IMG/VR virus record: IMGVR_UViG_3300009001_000010
Span: 53,280-73,279 of that record
Source of the DNA: an uncultured virus (IMG/VR IMGVR_UViG_3300009001_000010)
Lineage: Duplodnaviria > Heunggongvirae > Uroviricota > Caudoviricetes
Reading direction: 5' to 3' (one strand)
DNA length: 20,000 bases
Shown here: positions 8,393-14,925 of the stretch, piece after piece
Layout of the letters: each line of letters starts with the position of its first letter
Position numbering within the stretch: position 1 is the first letter of the stretch
Notes under the pieces: generated by a model
Databases searched by the model: none
Told to the model about the DNA's origin: nothing
What the model saw: the letters and a program-made list of their open reading frames with translations, nothing else
Position numbers and translations under genes: made by a program

Positions 8393-8666
8393 TTTTCTTC
8401 TTTTCTCTCCAGCGACGTTTACGTTGTCTAGCAGCGCAACGATCACTGCAATACTTAGAATCTTTATGTACTTTTTTTAAATTAGTACATTCGACTACTT
8501 CACAAAAAATAGTAGAGGGTGGAGGTTTAACACCTTTGCAATTATACCTCCAGCATCTTTTAGCAGAAGCTGGTTGTATTGCTCTATTACCCATTCGAAT
8601 AGGGCATTGCCAAAGTAATTCGCCAGTTTTTGGGTCATTAAAGTAACTTACGGAACATTTAGACAT
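8355..8666 (-). CDS. Cys-rich putative zinc-finger protein with a basic tail
   Basis: Several Cys residues; CEVVEC...KYCSDRC followed by ARQRKRRWREKKK, reminiscent of CGNR-type zinc fingers. Confidence 0.55.
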   Translation of the reverse strand: MSKCSVSYFNDPKTGELLWQCPIRMGNRAIQPASAKRCWRYNCKGVKPPPSTIFCEVVECTNLKKVHKDSKYCSDRCAARQRKRRWREKKKNESLPVSPSVSL

Positions 8667-8674
8667 AATTAACC

Positions 8675-8905
8675 TTACTTATTATAATTAGGATTGATTA
8701 TCATTGAATCAAATTCAAGGACTTCCATATCGTAACTAAAATCATTTAATTCATAATCACAATATATAATAAAAGAAGGAACCTTAAAATCTTCTTCAGT
8801 TACATACTGTGATTCACAAGCTGTTACAAACCAAAAGTTGAATAAAATCAACAAAATCGGCTTGTAAACTATTAATAAGTTTTGAATCGGGTTCATATTC
8901 CTCAT
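8675..8905 (-). CDS. Hypothetical protein, possible lipoprotein
   Basis: Hydrophobic ILLILFNFWF followed by lipobox-like VTAC. The start is uncertain and overlaps the upstream ORF by up to about 90 bp. Confidence 0.4.
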   Translation of the reverse strand: MRNMNPIQNLLIVYKPILLILFNFWFVTACESQYVTEEDFKVPSFIIYCDYELNDFSYDMEVLEFDSMIINPNYNK

Positions 8906-9026
8906 CTAGGGATTCATCTTCAGGGTTGCAAGAACAGTAGTTTTCAGATTGATGATAAAGTTTACCGCAATCTGGACAGTTAGAATAGTAGAGATGCCAA
9001 TCATCAGGTACGTTAGAAGGAAACAT
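8814..9026 (-). CDS. Small Zn-ribbon-like hypothetical protein
   Basis: CPDCG...YCSC; AAGGG SD upstream. Confidence 0.6.
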   Translation of the reverse strand: MFPSNVPDDWHLYYSNCPDCGKLYHQSENYCSCNPEDESLDEEYEPDSKLINSLQADFVDFIQLLVCNSL

Positions 9027-9028
9027 TC

Positions 9029-9268
9029 TTACCCTTTTAAATTGTTAACAAAAGTATAAGTAATAGGATCTAAAGAATTTATTTCTTTCCAAAAAATTAA
9101 ACTTTCTTCATAAGAATCAAAATAAATTTTTTTAGTATAAGAATCAGAATCTTGAATAAAAATTTCAAAACCTTTTTTTAAATGCTCAAAAGAAAGATAA
9201 ATTTTATTATCTGAAAAAAGTTTCCAATTATCATCAATTGCAGCGTCTTTTAAAACTCTAATTTTCAT
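9029..9268 (-). CDS. Hypothetical protein
   Basis: 79-aa ORF in the same tightly packed run. Confidence 0.55.
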   Translation of the reverse strand: MKIRVLKDAAIDDNWKLFSDNKIYLSFEHLKKGFEIFIQDSDSYTKKIYFDSYEESLIFWKEINSLDPITYTFVNNLKG

Positions 9269-9509
9269 CTTTATCCTTATCTAATAAATCTTTAGAAAGA
9301 TTAGTATATTTATCTAAAGCGGCTTGACCAAGAATATAACCTACTTGAATAAAACCACTTACAATTAAAAGCGTTATAATTACAGAAAAACTATAATGAT
9401 CAAACTTACTTTTTGATTGATAAAGAATATAAAACAAACTTAGTTTCCATCCTAAATCAGCAATCAAATAAGCTATAAATTTTTTAGATTGTAAAGGTTT
9501 TTTATCCAT
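9258..9509 (-). CDS. Two-TM membrane protein, putative holin-like
   Basis: Two hydrophobic segments. LQSKKF at the N-terminus and YILGQAALD near the C-terminus resemble the SRKF...YIxGQxxxD pattern of small phage holin-like proteins. Confidence 0.5.
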   Translation of the reverse strand: MDKKPLQSKKFIAYLIADLGWKLSLFYILYQSKSKFDHYSFSVIITLLIVSGFIQVGYILGQAALDKYTNLSKDLLDKDKDEN

Positions 9510-9981
9510 TGTAATTGTCTCTATCTGTAGGAAGCCACTCTTCTACATGTTTATCAAGTACAACTTGAGATTCACTTTTTGTTCTGATTGGATTTTCATT
9601 AACAAATAATGAAAGTTTATTAATGACAGCATTTTGAAGTTCAAAAATTTGCTCTCTAAGAAGCTGCATTTGTATTTGACTATCTCTAAGTCTAGCAATT
9701 AAAGCTTGTCTATCAGCATTAGCTGACGAAAGCTTATCTTTTAATTCTTCAACTTCGCTAGGATCTCTGCCACTAGCAATTGCTAGCATAGAGCTTATAG
9801 CGCCAGTAATCATACCAATTAAACCAACTAAAACATCTCTATTCTTTTCTTGTATTTCAACAAAAGAAAGAAACATTATTAAAGCTACAACAAGTATCAT
9901 AAAAAATACAGAGAACCACCAACCTCTTTTAGCTTTGTCTATCTGTATATCTTGTTTATTTGTATTTTTTTCTAATTTCAT
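9502..9981 (-). CDS. Two-TM membrane protein with a C-terminal coiled coil
   Basis: TM1 WWFSVFFMILVVALIMFLSFV, TM2 VLVGLIGMITGAISSMLAIA, then heptads EVEELKDKL...LREQIFELQNAVI. ATGA-coupled to the cyclase gene. Confidence 0.7.
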   Translation of the reverse strand: MKLEKNTNKQDIQIDKAKRGWWFSVFFMILVVALIMFLSFVEIQEKNRDVLVGLIGMITGAISSMLAIASGRDPSEVEELKDKLSSANADRQALIARLRDSQIQMQLLREQIFELQNAVINKLSLFVNENPIRTKSESQVVLDKHVEEWLPTDRDNYNG

Positions 9982-10829
9982 AATAAACCTTTTAAATATA
10001 TTAATAAATTTCTTATATACTCAAAAGGTTTAAAAATTAAATAATCTAAATTCCAAGCTTTTTTATAATAAGGAGAAGAAAGGAATGGATATAAAATATA
10101 CAAAATATAAAAAAGAAAAATAAAACATGATTTCCAATAAAAGAATTCAATAAGCTCTTTTATTTTTTTATGTTTGAGTTGAGTTCTTATTTTATTTTTA
10201 CCACCTAATCTTTTTGCTTTTTCAGAATCAAGAGGAGGTTGCAAGTGAGATTCTTCTGTACCTAAAGCATAAATTTTTTCTGGATTAGCAACACCTTTAA
10301 ACTTATATAAACCGACTAAAGCGGATAAAGCATCTTTAGGTATGTAATTTGAATTAGAAAGTCTTGATTTAAATTTTAAATAAGCTTTTTCTGAAAGTAA
10401 AATTTGATCTGGACCGCACAAAGACATTGTCCTCGCAGCAATATTTTTACCTATTCCTTCAATGTTAATCCTTTTTACGCCACCACGAACAAGCTTTTCA
10501 GAAGTTTTAACAATAATCATATTGTCATAATGTATGCCTACTCTGCTTTTGAAAGGAAATCTATATTTCTTTAATTTTGTTTTATAAGCAAAAGCAAAAC
10601 CAATAGCATCTTGTATTGAGTTAAAATACATTAAATGGCCATCTGAATTATCTACCCAAGTACCATTAAATCTTCCAATTAAACCCATAACAAATCTGTC
10701 ATGTTGACTAAATTTGATTGCAGCTTGATGAGCACCTGCTGCTTGCACAAACTTAGTACTACCAATTATATCAGTAAGTACTATAGCTATTTGTGCATTT
10801 TGCATGTCTTCAGGTTTTGGAATAGTCAT
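9978..10829 (-). CDS. Class III nucleotide (adenylate/guanylate-type) cyclase with a C-terminal membrane anchor
   Basis: IVLTDIIGST (first metal Asp), DNSDGHLMYF (second Asp), SRVGIH, EGIGKNIAAR, GPDQILLSE, KFKGV. Hydrophobic FIFLFYILYILYPFL near the C-terminus. Confidence 0.85.
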   Translation of the reverse strand: MTIPKPEDMQNAQIAIVLTDIIGSTKFVQAAGAHQAAIKFSQHDRFVMGLIGRFNGTWVDNSDGHLMYFNSIQDAIGFAFAYKTKLKKYRFPFKSRVGIHYDNMIIVKTSEKLVRGGVKRINIEGIGKNIAARTMSLCGPDQILLSEKAYLKFKSRLSNSNYIPKDALSALVGLYKFKGVANPEKIYALGTEESHLQPPLDSEKAKRLGGKNKIRTQLKHKKIKELIEFFYWKSCFIFLFYILYILYPFLSSPYYKKAWNLDYLIFKPFEYIRNLLIYLKGLL

Positions 10830-10980
10830 TATTTTTATTTAAGCAATGCTGTTTATTTTCAAAACAATCATCTAATGATAAGTGGCAATTACAAAGTAAG
10901 ACAATACAAGAACAAAACATGTTACCACAAAAAGAGCAGGGGTATTTGATTATTAAGAAATCTAATATTTTTCTCCACAT
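10810..10980 (-). CDS. Small Cys-rich protein, 56 aa with 8 Cys (not in the ORF track)
   Basis: MWRKILDFLIIKYPCSFCGNMFCSCIVLLCNCHLSLDDCFENKQHCLNKNNDYSKT. Strong AAGGAG SD upstream; overlaps the cyclase start. Confidence 0.65.
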   Translation of the reverse strand: MWRKILDFLIIKYPCSFCGNMFCSCIVLLCNCHLSLDDCFENKQHCLNKNNDYSKT

Positions 10981-11023
10981 TACTTACTCCTTAATTATTA
11001 TAGTAATAATTTGTTAATAAATT

Positions 11024-11101
11024 CTACATGTATACTAAAGTAAGAAAAGTAATAGAAAAAAGATAAAAACTAATAACAGTTTTTTCATTAATATAAGTCA
11101 T
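11024..11101 (-). CDS. Putative 25-aa hydrophobic peptide (not in the ORF track)
   Basis: MTYINEKTVISFYLFSITFLTLVYM with AGGAG about 7 nt upstream of the ATG. Confidence 0.4.
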   Translation of the reverse strand: MTYINEKTVISFYLFSITFLTLVYM

Positions 11102-11151
11102 TTAAATTCTCCTAAAATCTTGAATGGCTTTAACAAAAATATTTTTTAAAA

Positions 11152-11682
11152 TCAAGGAGGAGAATTAAAATAATTGCTAACATGATTCATTAATATTCCC
11201 GAAGCAGTACCAACATTTAAACTGCGTACGCTTCCGTATTGAGGAATATAAATACAAGCAGAACAAAGTTTTAGTACTTCAGGTAAAATCCCTGAAGACT
11301 CTTCTCCAAAAATATAAATATCTTCAGGTTGGGGGGTAAAGGAGTTTAAAGAGACAGTATTAGAAATATTATTTTCAACCCCAATCAAACGATACTTTCT
11401 TGACAATTCTATAATTTCAGAATAATCAGAAAGGTGTGTTAATTGTTTATAATTATGACTTCCTACAGACCCTCTTCTGTCCCAACGTTTCTTTCCGTAA
11501 TAATAAATTTCTTCAACACCAAAAGCATTTCCGTTTCTAATAAATGTAGAAATGTTAAAATCACCATTAATGTGTTGCATCATAATTTTATAAGGAAAAG
11601 CTTTTCTAGCAAGATCTTCTTTAATTAAAGCTGTTTCCATAACTTTATAACTATCCATTACATTCATCGTAAATACTTTCAA
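11152..11682 (-). CDS. SpoU/TrmH-family (SPOUT) RNA 2'-O-methyltransferase
   Basis: Motif 1 FNISTFIRNGNAFG, motif 2 IFGEESSGI, motif 3 IPQYGSVRSLNVGTASGI. The true start may be the ATG at 11667. Confidence 0.9.
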   Translation of the reverse strand: MKVFTMNVMDSYKVMETALIKEDLARKAFPYKIMMQHINGDFNISTFIRNGNAFGVEEIYYYGKKRWDRRGSVGSHNYKQLTHLSDYSEIIELSRKYRLIGVENNISNTVSLNSFTPQPEDIYIFGEESSGILPEVLKLCSACIYIPQYGSVRSLNVGTASGILMNHVSNYFNSPP

Positions 11683-11694
11683 AATAATAAATTA

Positions 11695-11765
11695 AGGATT
11701 TGATAGGATTCAAACCTATATCTAAGTGTTACAAACACTTGCTTTATCAATTAAGCTACAAATCC
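11695..11765 (-). tRNA. Atypical tRNA, best read as tRNA-Thr(UGU); no encoded CCA
   Basis: GGATTTG-TA-GCTT-AATTGATA-AAGC-AAGTG-TTTGTAA-CACTT-AGAT-ATAGG-TTTGAAT-CCTAT-CAAATCC-T. All four stems are fully Watson-Crick paired. It lacks nucleotide 26 and has A19/U56 instead of G19/C56. Confidence 0.75.
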
Positions 11766-11770
11766 AAAAT

Positions 11771-11863
11771 GCCCCTACACGATAAAAAAGTTAAGTGGTT
11801 TAAGCTCTCTTTTGTTTATCGACATATGATGCGCCTTTCATTATAAATGCAAAGGGTAGGGGC
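11771..11863 (-). ncRNA. Putative 93-nt structured RNA (three-way junction) of unknown class
   Basis: Terminal 8-bp helix GCCCCTAC/GTAGGGGC. P2 CCTTT-g-CATT/AATG-AAAGG. P3 CGATAA-ac-AAAAG/CTTTT-TTATCG with an 18-nt loop. Sits between two tRNA-like elements; strand inferred from context. Confidence 0.55.
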
Positions 11864-11865
11864 TA

Positions 11866-11915
11866 AGCGTTATTTAGGAATCGAACCTAAAAAAACTACC
11901 GTCAAGTTATAACGC
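11866..11915 (-). ncRNA. 50-nt tRNA-like element lacking the anticodon arm
   Basis: GCGTTAT-AACT-TGACGGT-AGTT-TTT-TTAGG-TTCGATT-CCTAA-ATAACGC-T. Perfect 7-bp acceptor stem, D-like arm with GG, canonical T arm, and only TTT where the anticodon and variable arms should be. Confidence 0.65.
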
Positions 11916-11917
11916 GA

Positions 11918-12214
11918 TTAATGAGTATAATCAGAATAAGAATCAAAAGAAGATAAAGTAACTTTTGGATCTGTTAAAAATTTTTCTCTAGCTTCAGGAG
12001 TAAGCTCTGGAAAAATTCTTTGAATATAAATGTCTTGATTACAATAAGTATGCAAGCGACTGCAAAGTAAATCGTAATCCATATTAATTTCAAAAGACCA
12101 AGAGCCAAGAAAATTAGAAATAACTTTTACTTCGCAAAGATTATTAGAAATTGTTTTAACAGTATAAGTTTTATTTACAAATTTATTTGGTGCTTTAAAT
12201 ACAAAAGTAGACAT
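11918..12214 (-). CDS. Hypothetical phage protein
   Basis: 98-aa ORF. IQRIFPELTPEAREKFLT resembles a motif I recall from uncharacterised phage proteins; no family assigned. Confidence 0.6.
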   Translation of the reverse strand: MSTFVFKAPNKFVNKTYTVKTISNNLCEVKVISNFLGSWSFEINMDYDLLCSRLHTYCNQDIYIQRIFPELTPEAREKFLTDPKVTLSSFDSYSDYTH

Positions 12215-12215
12215 A

Positions 12216-12455
12216 TTAATCTTTCTTGATAAGGTTTACATAAAAGCGAGTATAATATTTTTCTTCACAAGTCAAATGATCTAAAGAATTGGTTTTTTGT
12301 AAAACTTTATATTCATATTCAGACAAAGGTTTTAATGTTTTTGTTTTGCTAAAACATTCATAATATAAATATTTATTATGTTTATAATCATAAAAATTAA
12401 AAACTAATAAAAAAATTACAAATATTGAAAAACAAAATAAAAATATTTTTTCCAT
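12216..12455 (-). CDS. Small protein with an N-terminal TM or signal segment
   Basis: IFLFCFSIFVIFLLVFNFY at the N-terminus. Confidence 0.6.
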   Translation of the reverse strand: MEKIFLFCFSIFVIFLLVFNFYDYKHNKYLYYECFSKTKTLKPLSEYEYKVLQKTNSLDHLTCEEKYYTRFYVNLIKKD

Positions 12456-12457
12456 AA

Positions 12458-12832
12458 TTAATTTAAATAAGTGCAGTTTAAGTTGGACATAGAATCATAC
12501 CAATAAACTCTCTTAACACCTTTCCTAGTTAAAAGTTTAGTACACCCTTTACAAGGAGCGCCAGAACTTAATGTTCCATCAGGCCGTATTCTAATTGCAA
12601 GTACATTAGCGCCATGGATTTGATCTTGGCGTAAACCTGCTAAAGCATCTTTTTCACTGTGTATAGAACATTTTCTTCCGTCTTTATTAGAAGTAGTTTT
12701 AGCATAATTGTAACCAGCACCAAGAACAGTTTTATTTTTCCATATAACTGCTCCATGCCTATGCAACATTTGAGATTTTGATGCTTGCTGGATTGCTAAG
12801 GGAAGAAATTTTTCTATTATTTTATTAGCCAA
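12458..12832 (-). CDS. Zn-dependent cytidine/deoxycytidylate deaminase-fold protein
   Basis: HRHGAVI...GAGYN, HSE (HxE) and PCKGC Zn motifs, GVKRVYW. Confidence 0.8.
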   Translation of the reverse strand: MANKIIEKFLPLAIQQASKSQMLHRHGAVIWKNKTVLGAGYNYAKTTSNKDGRKCSIHSEKDALAGLRQDQIHGANVLAIRIRPDGTLSSGAPCKGCTKLLTRKGVKRVYWYDSMSNLNCTYLN

Positions 12833-13067
12833 AATTAATCTTAGTATTGTTAAATATTACACAAGCGTAATAAGTAAAATCAGAACAGTATATTTCAGTT
12901 TCATTATAATTATTTTTTTTAATTTGATAATCATCAAACATATAATCAGTAATAAATTGCTTAATATTTAAAATTGCTTCTGCCTCTGAATTAAAAATTA
13001 AAAATTTAGAAAAACCATGATTATGTGAACCTTGCACATCATCTACAATAAAATCTACAGAATACAT
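12825..13067 (-). CDS. Hypothetical protein
   Basis: 80-aa ORF with AGGT SD, coupled to its neighbours. Confidence 0.55.
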   Translation of the reverse strand: MYSVDFIVDDVQGSHNHGFSKFLIFNSEAEAILNIKQFITDYMFDDYQIKKNNYNETEIYCSDFTYYACVIFNNTKINFG

Positions 13068-13072
13068 AATAC

Positions 13073-13555
13073 CTACTTAGTAAATTTATCTGCAACAGAA
13101 CTAGCTGCCCAAGAGTTAGGTTTAACTTCAACATCAGGATAATCATAAGCTTTTACAAGATTAATTAAACCATTAGAATATTTACTTGTTTTAGTTCTAG
13201 CTTCATCAGAAGAAACATCTAAATGAATTGCAATATTTAATTTGTTATTAAAATTTAAAGAATGATCTCTTAAATTATTTGCAACATTAATTGAAACTTG
13301 AGTTTCATAAGAAACTCTTTTGTATAAATCAAAAAATTTAGAAACTTTTTCTTTTCCATAATAAAAAGTGCGGCTAAACCCAGGCATATCAGAAATAATA
13401 CAAACAGCTACTACTACAACAGTACCACCTGTGATAGGTTGAGAATCAGTACCTATCGTAATTTTATGTTCATAGCCTTGGTTCACCATGTAAGCGATGC
13501 TGTTTGTAATTTCTTGCCAATTAATATGCTCTTTATTAGGTTTAAACCATTTCAT
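13073..13555 (-). CDS. RNase H-like YkuK family protein
   Basis: IGTDSQ, YETQVSINVA, IHLDV and KPNSWAASSVADKFTK are typical of the YkuK family. Confidence 0.85.
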   Translation of the reverse strand: MKWFKPNKEHINWQEITNSIAYMVNQGYEHKITIGTDSQPITGGTVVVVAVCIISDMPGFSRTFYYGKEKVSKFFDLYKRVSYETQVSINVANNLRDHSLNFNNKLNIAIHLDVSSDEARTKTSKYSNGLINLVKAYDYPDVEVKPNSWAASSVADKFTK

Positions 13556-13576
13556 TATAAAAACTTTCTTAAAAAA

Positions 13577-13753
13577 TTATTTATAAGTCTTTTCTATTCC
13601 AGGATATTTTTCAGGATTGAGTGCTTGTTTCTCTAGTATTTGGATAATTAAACTTGGAGAATTAATATCAAAATTATTAGGTTTAATTTTAGTGTTAAAT
13701 TCTCGTTCTATTTCTTGAATTTTTTGTTTGTAAGTTAATTTATTTTCAGTCAT
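13577..13753 (-). CDS. Hypothetical protein, 58 aa (not in the ORF track)
   Basis: MTENKLTYKQKIQEIEREFNTKIKPNNFDINSPSLIIQILEKQALNPEKYPGIEKTYK. Its start overlaps the upstream stop and it fills the gap. Confidence 0.6.
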   Translation of the reverse strand: MTENKLTYKQKIQEIEREFNTKIKPNNFDINSPSLIIQILEKQALNPEKYPGIEKTYK

Positions 13754-13949
13754 AAAATTTAAGCTCTAATTGATCTGGATGAACTTTTTGTTCAGTTGGA
13801 ATTATTTGTAATGGTTTCCAACTAGATTTAAAAGAAATATTTTCTTGTAACTCAATTTGAACTGAAAAACTATTATCAGTAATTCTAGTTACATTGTAAT
13901 AGTAATTTTTAGATTCGTTTAAATCTAAATTTAATAAAACTCGTGTCAT
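13746..13949 (-). CDS. Hypothetical protein
   Basis: 67-aa ORF in the same run. Confidence 0.55.
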   Translation of the reverse strand: MTRVLLNLDLNESKNYYYNVTRITDNSFSVQIELQENISFKSSWKPLQIIPTEQKVHPDQLELKFYD

Positions 13950-13951
13950 AA

Positions 13952-14308
13952 TTAAAGACTTTCATTTAAGCAATTTAAAATTGATTGAATTTGCGAAATA
14001 GTAAGATATGGAGCAAGATAAGGATTTTGGGAATCTTCAAACAAGTTTAAAAGGTCTGCATGTACATACCCCATGCAATCGAACCAACCCTCTTTTTTAG
14101 GGTTCATAAAAGCAATTTCATAACGATCATAATCATTGAAATTATTTAAATAATGCCTAGGAGAAGAATATAAATAATCTCCTGCAATAATTGAAATTTT
14201 AACTTTATCTTTTAAAATAAATGTTAAAGACCATTTTCCTGTAATAGGATTATCTTTTAAAGATAAGTTTTCAGGAGAAAAACTCTCTACTAAATTCATA
14301 ATATTCAT
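13952..14308 (-). CDS. Hypothetical phage protein
   Basis: 118-aa ORF containing ISIIAGDYLYSSPR...YEIAF; no family assigned. Confidence 0.65.
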   Translation of the reverse strand: MNIMNLVESFSPENLSLKDNPITGKWSLTFILKDKVKISIIAGDYLYSSPRHYLNNFNDYDRYEIAFMNPKKEGWFDCMGYVHADLLNLFEDSQNPYLAPYLTISQIQSILNCLNESL

Positions 14309-14755
14309 TTAAGATACCTCAGTTTCAATAACAATAATGCCGTTTTGTTTTAAAACATTCACACCTGTATAATCTGGGTATGAATTTTCTAAAACAAAAA
14401 CACGTTTTACACCAGCTTGAACAAGCAATTTTGCACAAACTAAACAAGGATAAGTACTAAGAAAAACAATACTATTAACTAAAGAAGTATTAGTTCTGGC
14501 AGCATTTACAATTAAATTTTGTTCTGCATGTACACAACCTATTTCCATTTTAGTTCCAGATTGTATTTCTAATCTACTGCAAGGGCTACCACATACACTT
14601 GATTCAGAGCCACGAATCCAACCATTATATGCTTCTGAAAGCACAATATTGTTTTCATCTACAGCAACTGCACCAACACCTCGTTTAACACAAGAAGAAA
14701 GCTTCATAAGTTCTTTTACTTGACGCAAACGATGTTGGATATGTTTCAAATTCAT
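14309..14755 (-). CDS. dCMP deaminase (ComEB/dCMP deaminase family)
   Basis: SSCVKRGVGAV...AYNG, CVHAEQNLI, YPCLVCAKLLVQAGVKRV. Confidence 0.85.
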   Translation of the reverse strand: MNLKHIQHRLRQVKELMKLSSCVKRGVGAVAVDENNIVLSEAYNGWIRGSESSVCGSPCSRLEIQSGTKMEIGCVHAEQNLIVNAARTNTSLVNSIVFLSTYPCLVCAKLLVQAGVKRVFVLENSYPDYTGVNVLKQNGIIVIETEVS

Positions 14756-14757
14756 AA

Positions 14758-14925
14758 TTACTCTTTAGGCCATTTATTAAGCGGACAATCAAATATTTTT
14801 GCTGCAGCTTTAATTAATAAAAAACATCCACATTCTTTGCATTTTTTATAGTTAGGTTGATAACTGGGACATTCAAAACAAATATTTAAACGTTTTTTAT
14901 AATTTTCTTTATCAATTATTTTCAT
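14758..14925 (-). CDS. Small Cys-rich protein, DUF6171-like, 55 aa (not in the ORF track)
   Basis: MKIIDKENYKKRLNICFECPSYQPNYKKCKECGCFLLIKAAAKIFDCPLNKWPKE fits the RxxICxxC...CxxCGC...K...CPxxKW pattern. Confidence 0.75.
   Translation of the reverse strand: MKIIDKENYKKRLNICFECPSYQPNYKKCKECGCFLLIKAAAKIFDCPLNKWPKE

Noticed and set aside
10701..10949. Plus-strand 82-aa ORF
   Set aside because: Antisense to the cyclase and to the SD-supported Cys-rich gene; no motif.
11443..11628. Plus-strand 61-aa ORF
   Set aside because: Antisense shadow inside the SpoU gene.
11771..11863. Hammerhead ribozyme, tRNA-Sec or intrinsic terminator
   Set aside because: It lacks the CUGANGA/GAAA core at the junction on either strand and has no T loop or UCA anticodon arm. 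A 77-nt branched interior is unlike a simple terminator hairpin.
11866..11915. tmRNA (one- or two-piece) tRNA-like domain
   Set aside because: No G3-U70 alanine identity pair, no CCA, and no room for a tag ORF or pseudoknots between the arms.
13439..13636. Plus-strand 65-aa ORF
   Set aside because: Antisense to the YkuK-like gene and the 13577..13753 ORF.
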